A stretch of 64,000 nucleotides of DNA from Promethearchaeota archaeon. GTDB taxonomy: Archaea; Asgardarchaeota; Lokiarchaeia; Sigyniarchaeales; SOKP01. Location of the stretch: the NCBI GenBank assembly GCA_029838195.1, contig JALGVJ010000031.1:1-64000 (forward strand), written 5' to 3'. Below, piece after piece: positions 1 to 9,806 of the stretch (position 1 is the stretch's first letter; every line of letters starts with the position of its first letter). Position numbers and translations under genes: made by a program. The notes under the pieces were generated by a model. That model did no database searches, was not told where the DNA came from, and saw only the letters and a program-made list of their open reading frames with translations.

Positions 1-93
1 GGACGCAGAAAAGGCGGGGTTAATTTCCGAGAGAAAGTTTCGGAGCACCCCATCTTGTCCTAAAATCGGAATTGATTGCATCACGAGGAGCAC

Positions 94-169
94 TTCTAAA
101 ACGTTTTAGAAAGAGTGAGAGTCCCGCCTCCCATCGTGTTTGTATCGCTTGGTGAGGCGGGAGTTCTCA
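94..169 (+). mobile_element. Probable right end of an IS200/IS605/IS607-type (TnpB) element: GC-rich subterminal hairpin
   Basis: Imperfect inverted repeat TGAGAGTCCCGCCTC (116-130) ... GAGGCGGGAGTTCTCA (154-169), preceded by the perfect palindrome TTCTAAAACGTTTTAGAA (94-111). It resembles the typical 'TCCCGCC...GGCGGGAG..TCA' ends of these elements. No transposase is visible in the window. Confidence 0.5.
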
Positions 170-425
170 TTAGTTTAACATGTTATGGAGATATTATCTT
201 CGACCTTTAATAAACCCGTGTAATATCGGCGTGATACGTGCAGGACATGGTTATTCCCAAAGCGCACCTTCCCTTGGCTTGCGAGCGAGAACGTGAAATT
301 TCCTTTTTTCTTTCCATTTCCGAGAAGTTGAGATGTTCATTCATCTAAGAGATTTCCCAAATTGCGTCATCACGCCAAGAAAAAAAGTTTTAACTTTAAG
401 GAAAATTATAAATTTACAAAACTTA

Positions 426-488
426 AGTTAAAAATTAATTAGAGCGGTGGAATCTACATATTAAATATAAACAAAAAGTAAAAATGTA
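426..488 (+). repeat. ~63-bp direct repeat, copy 1 (copy 2 at 4180-4243), flanking the repeat-protein gene
   Basis: AGTTAAAAA.TAATTAGAGCGGTGGAATCTACATAT.AAATAT.AA.AAAAAGTAAAAATGTA is present at both sites with only a few differences. Confidence 0.9.
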
Positions 489-630
489 GCAAGAATTTAA
501 TTCAATTGAATGATACCAATCAAACCTTTTATTATAAACTTGCTGCTTTCCAAGTTTCTGCAATATTTACTGAAAGTAAATATTTTATCGCTTGTTTTTT
601 GCCCACTGGATTTACCGCTTTGAATTCAAT

Positions 631-3600
631 TTATCCATATTTCTGAAGTAGCAAGCGTGCAGATTTATCCCCCAAGTCTTTTAATTTTTTTAAAATCTGG
701 ATAGCCCTTTTAACTTTATCACCTTTACGAGTTCTAAATTCTTTTAATATGTTCTTTTTTAATTCGGGATTAGCTTCAATGAACATTTTCCTAATCCCTT
801 CTGATGGTAAGTATTTATAATATTTCCTATTTAAAATTTTCTCAATTGCAGCTAGGTTTCTTGCCTTGAAGAGGGTTAAAACACGTGCTTGAAGAAAAGA
901 TTTCGCGGATTTATCCCCCAAGTTGATTAATTTCCGTAAAATCCAAATGTCCCGCCAGATTTTAGAAGAATAATCATAATTTTTATAGGTTTCAAAATCT
1001 TCTAACATGTTCTTTTTTAATTCGGGATTGGCATCAATGAACATTTTCCTAATCCCTTCTGATGATAAGTATTTATAATATTTCCTATTTAAAATTTTCT
1101 CAATTGCAGCTAGGTTTCCTGCCTTGAAGAGGGTTAAAACACGTGCTTGAAGAAAAGAGTGCACGGAATCATCCCCCAAGTCGATTAATTTCCGTAAAAT
1201 ATAAATGTCCCGCCAGATTTTAGAATCATCATCATCATCAGAGTTTTTATAAGTTTCAAAATCTTTTAACATGTTTTTTTTTAATTCGGGATTGGCATCA
1301 ATGAACATTTTTCTAATCCCTTCTGGTGGTAATTCCTCATGATATTTATTCTCTAAAATGAATTTAATTGCAGCCAGGTTTCCTGCCTTGAAGGAGGTTA
1401 AAATAAGTGCTTGAAGAAAGAATCGTGCGGATTCATCCCCCAAGTCGATTAATCCCCGTAAAATCTCAATGTCCCGCCTGATTTCGGAATGATCATCAGA
1501 ATTTTTATAGGTTTCAAAATCTTCTAACATGTTCTTTTTTAATTCGGGATTGGCATCAATGAACATTTTCCTAATCCCTTCCGGTGGTAAGTACTCATAA
1601 TATTTCCATTTTAAAATGTACTCAATTGCAGCCAGGTTTCCTGCCTTGAATAGGATTAAAACACGTGCTTGAAAAAATAATGGTGCGGATTCATCCCCCA
1701 AGTCGATTAATTTCCGTAAAATATAAATGTCCCGCCAGATTTCAGAATCATCATCAGAATTTTTATAGATTTCAAAATCTTCTAACATTTTCTTTTTTAA
1801 TTCGGGATTGGCATCAATGAACATTTTCCTATGCTCTTCCAGTGTTAAGTACTCATGATATTTCTCCTTTAAAATGAAATAAATTGCATCCAGGTTTCCT
1901 GCCTTGAAAGGGGCTAAAAAACATATGTAAAGAAAAGAGTGCACGGAATCATCCCCCAAGTCGATTAATTTCCGTAAAATATAAATGTCCCGCCAGATTT
2001 TGGAATCATCATCATCATCATCAGAGTTTTTATAAGTTTCAAAATCTTTTAACATGTTTTTTTTTAATTCGGGATTGGCAGCAATGAACATTTCCTCACG
2101 CTTAGTCAGTGGTAATACCTCATGATATCCATTCTCCAAAATGAATTCAATTGCATCCAGGTTTCCTGCCTTGAAAGGGGTTAAAACACATACTTGAAGA
2201 AAGAATCGCGCGGAATCATCCCTCAAATCGATTAATTCCTGTAATATATCAATGTCCCGCTGGATTGTGTAATCATCATAATATTTCTTATAGGTTTCAA
2301 AATCTTCTAACATTATTTTTTTTAATTCGGGATTGACATCAATGAACATTTCCCCACGCGCTTCTGGTGGTAAATCCTCATGATATTTATTCTTTAAAAT
2401 GCACTCAATTGCATTTAGGTTCCCAGCATTGAAGTGGATTAAAACACATGCTTGAAGAAAGGATCGCGCGGAATCATCCCCCAAATCGATTAGTTGCCTT
2501 AAAATACGCATGTCCCGCTTGATTTTATAATAATCATCATAAGAATTTTTATAGGTTTCAAAATCTTTGAGTATTTGTTTTTTTAATTCGGGATTAGTAG
2601 CAATAGATGTTTTCCTACGCTCAGCCAGTGGTAAATCCTCATGATATTTATTCTTTAAGATGAAATTAATTGCATCCAGGTTTCCTGCCTTGAAGGGGGT
2701 TAAAACCCATGTTTGAAAAAGTAATTGTGAGGATTTATCCCCCAAGTCGATTAATTGCAACAAAATATCAATGTCCCGCTTGATTTTATAATCATCATCA
2801 TCATTAGAATTTTTATAGGTTTCAAAATCTTTTAACATGTTTTTTTTTAATTCGGGATTGGCAACAATGAACATTTTCCTAATCCCTTCTGGTGATAAAC
2901 CCTTATGATATTTATTCTTTAAGATGAAATTAATTGCATCCAGGTTTCCTGCCTTGAAGGGGGTTAAAACCCATATTTGAAGAAAGGATCGCGCGGAATA
3001 ATCCCTCAAATCGATTAATTTCTGTAATATATCAATGTCCCGCCTGATTTCATAATTATTATTATTATAATTCTTATAGGTTTCAAAATCTTTGAGTATT
3101 TTCTTTTTTAATTCGGGATTAGTATCAATGAACATTTCCCCACGCATTTCCGCTGGCAATACCTCGTGAAGTTCATTCTTTAAAATGAACTCTATTAGCT
3201 CGAAATTCCCTTGGTTAAATACCTCTATAATGGCTTTCTTAAATAGAAGTTTTGTACATAATTCTTCCCGCTTAATGAAGGGAGATAAAATAAAGGCTCC
3301 AGGACCTTGAGGAAGGGCATTCTTTAAGCTCGTTTCATTCAACAAGTAATATAAGAGCACTATTAGCCCTTTTTCGATTGAAATCATGACGAGTTCTTTA
3401 AGATCCATCTCGTTCAAATAATTAAAATAATAATTTATGAAGAGATAGTGAATTACCGTTTTATGATTACTTACAAGTCTGGAAATGATCTCCCTTTTAA
3501 GGGCTTTTTTTGCCTTAGGATCTCCGGCATCTGCTAATTTCTTCAATAAAGGAAAGGCAAGCGTCCGGTGCAATAGGCGGGTATCATAATCGTGTTCCGT

Positions 3601-3864
3601 CCAGACTTGTAGATTGGAACAATGCCCCCAAAATTCAGTTTCCGGAGGGATATTAAACTTGCTTCTATTTCCTTCCATGGAACGATCTAATCGTTCAGCA
3701 GCCTCATCTATGGATTGAAAATCACCAAATATGTCAATTTTATCCACCGGAAGGTTTAATAAAAGGAATTTACAATGATCAAATTTTTTTCCAGCAACGT
3801 AGATGTTAGTCTTATTATTCTCTAATTTAAGCGTTAAATATTCATTAACCTTAAATTCTTTCAT
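631..3864 (-). CDS. 1077-aa alpha-helical tandem-repeat protein with a Lokiarchaeia-type N-terminal domain
   Basis: N-terminal 'FKVNEYLTLKLE...FWGHCSNLQVW..YDTRLLH..LAFPLLKKL' domain, followed by 10 NPELKK-anchored repeats of 86-89 aa (DNA spacing about 258-267 bp). Confidence 0.9.
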   Translation of the reverse strand: MKEFKVNEYLTLKLENNKTNIYVAGKKFDHCKFLLLNLPVDKIDIFGDFQSIDEAAERLDRSMEGNRSKFNIPPETEFWGHCSNLQVWTEHDYDTRLLHRTLAFPLLKKLADAGDPKAKKALKREIISRLVSNHKTVIHYLFINYYFNYLNEMDLKELVMISIEKGLIVLLYYLLNETSLKNALPQGPGAFILSPFIKREELCTKLLFKKAIIEVFNQGNFELIEFILKNELHEVLPAEMRGEMFIDTNPELKKKILKDFETYKNYNNNNYEIRRDIDILQKLIDLRDYSARSFLQIWVLTPFKAGNLDAINFILKNKYHKGLSPEGIRKMFIVANPELKKNMLKDFETYKNSNDDDDYKIKRDIDILLQLIDLGDKSSQLLFQTWVLTPFKAGNLDAINFILKNKYHEDLPLAERRKTSIATNPELKKQILKDFETYKNSYDDYYKIKRDMRILRQLIDLGDDSARSFLQACVLIHFNAGNLNAIECILKNKYHEDLPPEARGEMFIDVNPELKKIMLEDFETYKKYYDDYTIQRDIDILQELIDLRDDSARFFLQVCVLTPFKAGNLDAIEFILENGYHEVLPLTKREEMFIAANPELKKNMLKDFETYKNSDDDDDDSKIWRDIYILRKLIDLGDDSVHSFLYICFLAPFKAGNLDAIYFILKEKYHEYLTLEEHRKMFIDANPELKKKMLEDFEIYKNSDDDSEIWRDIYILRKLIDLGDESAPLFFQARVLILFKAGNLAAIEYILKWKYYEYLPPEGIRKMFIDANPELKKNMLEDFETYKNSDDHSEIRRDIEILRGLIDLGDESARFFLQALILTSFKAGNLAAIKFILENKYHEELPPEGIRKMFIDANPELKKNMLKDFETYKNSDDDDDSKIWRDIYILRKLIDLGDDSVHSFLQARVLTLFKAGNLAAIEKILNRKYYKYLSSEGIRKMFIDANPELKKNMLEDFETYKNYDYSSKIWRDIWILRKLINLGDKSAKSFLQARVLTLFKARNLAAIEKILNRKYYKYLPSEGIRKMFIEANPELKKNILKEFRTRKGDKVKRAIQILKKLKDLGDKSARLLLQKYG

Positions 3865-4179
3865 GAGTTAATTGTCTTTTTAGTTTTAAATCAATTAATT
3901 ATTTTTTGACTTTAAATATTTAAATTTATTGGAATTTAAATTTATCTATCGAGGATTTAAGATTTAAGATTTAAGATTAGAAAATAGTACGATTTTTTTA
4001 AGAATCTCTTTTTAAGCATAAGAAATTCAGCTTTATTGAGCTATCATTTCAATATAAAGAAAAAAATATAAAAAAAAGAGAAAAGATTTCTAATCGAGGC
4101 TAAATCCTATTAAAGCACATCTTAATGAGGCAATTACATTACTGAAAAACAGAAGCCGATAAGAAAGAGAGAGAAATTC

Positions 4180-4243
4180 AGTTAAAAAAGTAATTAGAGC
4201 GGTGGAATCTACATATCAAATATCAAAAAAAAGTAAAAATGTA
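4180..4243 (+). repeat. ~63-bp direct repeat, copy 2
   Basis: Matches 426-488. Confidence 0.9.
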
Positions 4244-4419
4244 CATGATGAGAAGAAAATTTATTTTTAATAATAATACACGACAATTTAATTAAAGCAA
4301 AGCACTCGAATTTTGGGTAAATTGAATTGATTATATCTTATAAGTAACGATATGAATTTCATGGTAAAGTTTAGTCCATTCTTATTAACCTCAAAAGAAA
4401 ACGAGATTCAATAAGAATT

Positions 4420-5514
4420 TCATGATCGTTTTAATTCTCGATAATATAATTTTTTATGTTTGGGATTCATTTGATTAAATTGAATTTCTGCCTCATCCGG
4501 GGGTAATATCATGATTTTTCCATCTTCTTTTTGGATCACGCAACCAAATTTTATCAGTAATTCATGATTCTTTTTTGTTTCTTCTGGATCTCCAAAACAA
4601 ATTAATTGACAATTTCCACACGTGAGTTTTATATCTTTAATTAATTCAAGTGCGCTCTTATTCCCAATTTTTACATTTTTGAATTCCGGGTCGTTTTCAT
4701 GGTGCGTTAAATCGATGCCTTTTGGTTCTTCGGGATTTTTTGGCCATTTAGAAGCATTATTCACGCAGAGAGAAAAAAGACGCATGACATCCTTGTCTGT
4801 TTCAGGATAAGGAAACCGGCCGGGAGACCATGTAGACCATTTTTTTGTCTTATCTAACCCCAATAATCCGCCACATACAATTTGGCATCTCCCAATATTT
4901 CTCCGTTTTGAGTAACTGAAAGTTTTTCCTCCCAGCATTATGGATTCTGTTTCTTTATCATCGAACATTCTCATTGCACACACGGTCGTACATAGTTTAC
5001 ATTTATTACAAAAGGTTTCTTTTTCCGGAATGGGTTTAGTAGGCTCTAATTTTGCAGAAGTAACTAATGCTCCTAAAATAATCGTGCATCCATGTCCTTT
5101 TAAGCCCACGTTTCCGGACCAGCCAAAAGATCCCACTCCCGATCGTACTGCTAAATATCTGAGAGCCAACTCGGGATACATGCGAAGTTCCCAACCAGGA
5201 ACTTCTTCTCGGTATTTGAAGTTTGGAAAAACTTGAACGGCAGCAAATCCTTTATTTTTTAAGATTCGTGCTCCTTCTTTTGCTAACATGAAGGCTTTAA
5301 TGTTTGTTTCAATATTATCAATTTCGTGCTCAATCCTTCCATTTGGTAATTTTTTTTTTAGAAAAGCGCGAATTTTTTCTTTATCTAAAGGTAAAGCAAA
5401 ACAAATAGCAGATTTAGCAGTTTTTAATGGATATGTAATGTCCACGCTGGGAGGACCACCTGCAAGCGTTTCTGGGGTGGCCACCCCTACTTTTAAAGCT
5501 CCATTTGAAAGCAA
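4420..5514 (-). CDS. Epoxyqueuosine reductase / reductive-dehalogenase-like cobalamin Fe-S protein; N-terminus probably frameshifted
   Basis: 'LAVRSGVGSFGWSGN', 'LGALVTSAKL', CxxCxxCxxxC (CNKCKLCTTVC) and a second CGNCQLIC cluster. Confidence 0.75.
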   Translation of the reverse strand: MLSNGALKVGVATPETLAGGPPSVDITYPLKTAKSAICFALPLDKEKIRAFLKKKLPNGRIEHEIDNIETNIKAFMLAKEGARILKNKGFAAVQVFPNFKYREEVPGWELRMYPELALRYLAVRSGVGSFGWSGNVGLKGHGCTIILGALVTSAKLEPTKPIPEKETFCNKCKLCTTVCAMRMFDDKETESIMLGGKTFSYSKRRNIGRCQIVCGGLLGLDKTKKWSTWSPGRFPYPETDKDVMRLFSLCVNNASKWPKNPEEPKGIDLTHHENDPEFKNVKIGNKSALELIKDIKLTCGNCQLICFGDPEETKKNHELLIKFGCVIQKEDGKIMILPPDEAEIQFNQMNPKHKKLYYRELKRS

Positions 5515-5880
5515 AAAATTTTCATTTCATTAATGAGTGAAATCCTCAGCCCCTTTTTTCTATTTTTTCAAATTAGTAATAATTAAACCCATTTTATTAA
5601 TTGCTATTATGTAAATTTGTATTAATAATTGAATCAACAAATGTTATTCTACATGAAAAGGGCATTTATTCTTAATAAGACATAAGTATTTAAACAAAGA
5701 AGTGCAATCTATTCTTAATTTTATTGAAAGCATTATATCTCATAAGTAAATACATGATTTCCATGTTATCGTTTAGTAATATTTTATAAAAATAATGGAT
5801 TCTTTAAATTATCAATATTTAACAAACTAATGTAATAAGAGCGTTATATAAAAATTTAGCCAATAGCAAGGAGAATTAGC

Positions 5881-7614
5881 ATGAAAAATTCCATCATTAT
5901 TAAAAACGGTATCGTGTTCGACCCGCTTAACAAAATTGAGGGAGAAAAAAAGGAGATCCATATTCAAGATGGTAAAATCGTAGAAAAAGTAAAAGGCGAT
6001 GCGAAAATCATAGATGCTTCCGGAATGATTGTCATGCCCGGTGGCGTGGACATTCATTCTCATATCGCAGGAGCTAAAGTAAATACTGGCAGGTCTTTGC
6101 GCCCAGAAGATAAACCTTTAGAATATACCATGAAAAAGACAAAATTAACGCGAAGTGGTACGGGTTTCTCAGTTCCTACCACGTGGATGACCGGCTATAA
6201 ATATGCTCAATTAGGATACACTACTGTATTTGAACCCGCCATGCCGCTACTCGAAGCTCGTCATACTCATGAAGAATTTTTGGAAACGCCCATTATTGAT
6301 AAGGGAGCTTTTCCCATTTTTGGAAATAATTGGTTTGTTCTTCAATATATAAGAGATAATGATTTAGAAAAGCTCGCAGGTTATATTGCTTGGATATTAA
6401 AAGTAACACGAGGTTATGCTATAAAAATTGTAAATCCCGGTGGCGTGGAAAATTGGGCTTGGGGAAAAAATTGTGAAAGCCTGGATGATCCTGTCGTATA
6501 TTGGGACGTGACTCCCCGTCAAATCATAGAAAGTCTGGCGAAAGCAAACGAAATGCTAGAATTACCGCATTCCATTCACGTTCATTGCAATAATTTGGGC
6601 CATCCGGGTAATGTAAATCATTCACTTGAAACGTTTGAATTGACGAAGAATATCAAAATCAATCGAAAAGACAGGGATACAAATTTCCACTGCACGCATG
6701 TTCAATTTAATGCTTACGGGGGTAAAAGTTGGAAGGATTTTAGGTCCGGCGCTCCTGAAGTTGCTGAATACGTGAACTCCCATGACCACATAACCATCGA
6801 CGCGGGACAAGTCGTTTTCACTAAATATGCGACTACCACGATGACAGGGGATGGTCCTTGGGAATTTGCTCTTCATCATTTAGGTGGCATGAGTCCTTGG
6901 GGGGCAAAACCAGGCGTGAAATGGGTAAATGGGCAAATTGAGGGAGAATCCGGGTCGGGTATCGTTCCTTATTTCTTTTCACCTAAAGTTGGTGTAAACG
7001 CCGTTCAGTGGGCAATTGGTCTCGAGCTCATGCTTCTAATTAAGAACCCATATCAAGTATTTCTAACCACGGACCATCCCAATGGTGCTCCTTTCACGAC
7101 CTATCCGACTGTTTTCAAGTGGCTCATGGATAGAAAATCCAGGAAATACATGCTGGAGAATGTCGTTTCCAAAAATGCAAGCAATAGCTCTACGCTCATA
7201 GATATTGATCGTGAATACACGTTGAATGAATTATGTATTGTCACTCGTGCGGGTACCGCAAAATGCTTGGGCTTGAAAGATAGGGGCCATTTGGGAATTG
7301 GAGCGATTGGAGACGTTTCGATTTATAAATTGGATCCTAACAATTATGATGGCAAGGCCATAGAAAAAGCATTTTCAGCAGCGGCGTATACGATAAAAGA
7401 CGGGCAAATCGTCGTAAAAGATGGTGAAATCGTGGCAACTCCCATGGGAACATTAATTTGTGCGGAGGGCAAGATTAAAGAGAATATTTATGAAGCTACC
7501 TTGAATGATATTAAATTACGCTGGAGAGATCATTATAGCATTAATTTTAATAATTATGCAGTTCAAGAAGCATATACTCCAAAAGTAAAAGTCGTGAATG
7601 GGGCTGGAAATTAA
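5881..7614 (+). CDS. fwdA: Formylmethanofuran dehydrogenase subunit A (amidohydrolase)
   Basis: 'MPGGVDIHSHIAGAKVN', 'KIVNPGG', 'HSIHVHCNNLGHPGN' and 'TTDHPNGAPF' are FwdA/FmdA signatures. Confidence 0.95.
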   Translation: MKNSIIIKNGIVFDPLNKIEGEKKEIHIQDGKIVEKVKGDAKIIDASGMIVMPGGVDIHSHIAGAKVNTGRSLRPEDKPLEYTMKKTKLTRSGTGFSVPTTWMTGYKYAQLGYTTVFEPAMPLLEARHTHEEFLETPIIDKGAFPIFGNNWFVLQYIRDNDLEKLAGYIAWILKVTRGYAIKIVNPGGVENWAWGKNCESLDDPVVYWDVTPRQIIESLAKANEMLELPHSIHVHCNNLGHPGNVNHSLETFELTKNIKINRKDRDTNFHCTHVQFNAYGGKSWKDFRSGAPEVAEYVNSHDHITIDAGQVVFTKYATTTMTGDGPWEFALHHLGGMSPWGAKPGVKWVNGQIEGESGSGIVPYFFSPKVGVNAVQWAIGLELMLLIKNPYQVFLTTDHPNGAPFTTYPTVFKWLMDRKSRKYMLENVVSKNASNSSTLIDIDREYTLNELCIVTRAGTAKCLGLKDRGHLGIGAIGDVSIYKLDPNNYDGKAIEKAFSAAAYTIKDGQIVVKDGEIVATPMGTLICAEGKIKENIYEATLNDIKLRWRDHYSINFNNYAVQEAYTPKVKVVNGAGN

Positions 7615-7809
7615 AATTACCTTCTTTTTATTTCTATTTTTAATCGAATAATTCATGCTAAGGTAAATTTTTCGTCTATATCTAATATAAACTGAATTTT
7701 TATTTGAATTACAGATACTGAATTTTATTGATTTTAGTAAAAGGAATTTAAAAAATAATCAGGAAAAGCGTACGTTCTTTTTAAAAAGAATTAAATGCTT
7801 TAAAATGAT

Positions 7810-9759
7810 TTATTGGTCTTCTAATTGAATGCCCATCTTCCCGAGCTGATCTCGGATAAAATCGCTTATTTTATATGTTTTCCGTTTTCTCAATTCCAAA
7901 CGAATTTCTTTAATAAGACTTAATAATCCTAAAATTAAAGTTCCCCGCTCATCAAATGATCCTCCCAATCCTAAGTCTAATTCCTTTCTCATCCAAAATT
8001 TATCCAATTCCTCAGTAATTGAATTACTAAGCTGGAAAAGTCCCATCTCATGTAAACGAGCTTGGAGAACCGATAATAAATCCAATAAGGATTCAATGAT
8101 GGCACCTCGCTTGTCAAAACTTCCCGCTTTGTCAATATCAAGCTCGCCATCTATTCCAAGTTCACTTAACTTTCCGTGGATAAAATTAATTAAATCGTCG
8201 TGATTTCTGTTTTCCAGTTCTTGATTAAACTTATCCACGAGTTCCAATAATTCTTCAATTAATCTGCCCCTTTTATCAAAAGATCCCGCAACCTCAATGC
8301 TTAATTCTCGTTTCATCCAATAGGTTCTCAACCAACATTGGATGGTTTCACTTAAATCATAAATTTTTTTTTCTCTCAACAATTCCGATATTTTCGTGAT
8401 TAAGTTTAATAATTGTTCAATTAGGTCTCCTCTTTTATCAAAAGATCCCGCAATTTCTAAATCTAACCCCGTGGATAATTCTTTTGATAATTTCGGGAAG
8501 ATTCCGAAAATTTTATCGATTTTGAGTAGAAAATCGATGAACTCCTCTTTAAATTGTTCCGTTATGGGAGTTTTAACTTCAAATAGAGATTTGTTTAATT
8601 CTCGAAATAGCGAATAAATTTTTGCTAATGCCACTGGAGTATCGAAATCATTATCCATGGCTTCTATAATTTTTGTTTCAAATTCCTTAAATCTTTTAAT
8701 TAAACTTTCAAGTTTTTCCGAACTTTCCTCCACGGTTGTTAAATTCATTATTTTTTTTATAGTATTTTTTAATTTCTTATAATTTTTTTCTGCCTGCTGG
8801 ATTGTTTTTAAAGAATAATTAAGAGAACTTCGATAATGACTGGAAATTAAAAAAAGCCGAATGACCATGGGATTAAATTCTTTTACCACATCAGAAACAA
8901 GAAAGAAATTGCCCAAACTTTTTGACATTTTTTCATTATCCACGTTCACGAATCCATTATGAATGAAATAATTGGCAAGTTTTTTACCGGTATATGCCTC
9001 GGATTGCGCAATTTCATTCCTATGATGCGGTGATTTAAGATCTTGGCCTCCTCCATGAATATCGATTGTTTCTCCTAAATATTTGAGTACCATCGCAGAA
9101 CATTCAATGTGCCAACCCGGCCTTCCTCTTCCCCAAGGGCTTTCCCAATACGGTTCTCCTTCCTTCCATTTTTTCCATAAAACAAAATCTTTTGGATCTC
9201 GCTTTTCACCGAGAAATTTTTTATCCATTTCTAAATCTTGTTCTTCTAATTCTCCTTCTTCCACCTCGTCTTGGTCAGCCTCGTCTTTTATGTTTTGAAA
9301 TAAAGTTCTATATTTCGGAAAAGATTTCACGGCAAAATATACCGAGCCGTTGCTTTCATAAGCATGCCCCTTGGAAATCAAGCCTTCAATGATCTTAATT
9401 ATATAATCAATAGTCTCTGTAGCGCGTGGATTGAACGTTTCCTTTTTAATGTTTAAAATTCGCATAATATGTTCATATTCCTCAATATATTGATTGGCAA
9501 GCTCACGATAATCCATGTTTTTCTCCCGTGCACGATTAATTATTTTATCATCAATATCCGTGTAATTTTTCACGATTTTAACTTCAAATCCCTTAAATTC
9601 TAAATACCGCCGAATTATATCAAAAGCTACGGCTGACTTTGCATGACCTAAATGAGGACTATCATAAACGGTTGGGCCGCAGACGTACATCAAAACCTTT
9701 TTTGGAAAAATAGTCTTGAATTCCTCTTCTTTAAATGTCAAGCTGTTGTAGATTTTCAT
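7810..9759 (-). CDS. cysS: Cysteine--tRNA ligase with a 4x repeated C-terminal module
   Basis: 'YVCGPTVYD.PHLGH', 'GRPGWHIECS', 'DIHGGG.DL..PHH.NE' and KMSKS motifs. Confidence 0.97.
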   Translation of the reverse strand: MKIYNSLTFKEEEFKTIFPKKVLMYVCGPTVYDSPHLGHAKSAVAFDIIRRYLEFKGFEVKIVKNYTDIDDKIINRAREKNMDYRELANQYIEEYEHIMRILNIKKETFNPRATETIDYIIKIIEGLISKGHAYESNGSVYFAVKSFPKYRTLFQNIKDEADQDEVEEGELEEQDLEMDKKFLGEKRDPKDFVLWKKWKEGEPYWESPWGRGRPGWHIECSAMVLKYLGETIDIHGGGQDLKSPHHRNEIAQSEAYTGKKLANYFIHNGFVNVDNEKMSKSLGNFFLVSDVVKEFNPMVIRLFLISSHYRSSLNYSLKTIQQAEKNYKKLKNTIKKIMNLTTVEESSEKLESLIKRFKEFETKIIEAMDNDFDTPVALAKIYSLFRELNKSLFEVKTPITEQFKEEFIDFLLKIDKIFGIFPKLSKELSTGLDLEIAGSFDKRGDLIEQLLNLITKISELLREKKIYDLSETIQCWLRTYWMKRELSIEVAGSFDKRGRLIEELLELVDKFNQELENRNHDDLINFIHGKLSELGIDGELDIDKAGSFDKRGAIIESLLDLLSVLQARLHEMGLFQLSNSITEELDKFWMRKELDLGLGGSFDERGTLILGLLSLIKEIRLELRKRKTYKISDFIRDQLGKMGIQLEDQ

Positions 9760-9806
9760 GGCTTAGGGAAAAAATTTTTAAAAATCAATAACATGAGGAA
9801 CTGAAA

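Noticed and set aside
631-3200. Regular DNA repeats as a CRISPR array or DGR template/variable pair
   Set aside because: The repeats are ~260-bp in-frame coding units with no spacers. There is no reverse transcriptase in the window and the differences are not adenine-restricted.
3954-3980. GATTTAA x3 tandem microrepeat upstream of the repeat-protein gene
   Set aside because: It is short and AT-rich; no function can be supported.
5515-5535. In-frame TGA upstream of the QueG-like ORF as possible selenocysteine
   Set aside because: It is immediately preceded by an in-frame TAA and is not at a Cys-equivalent position; a frameshift explains it better.
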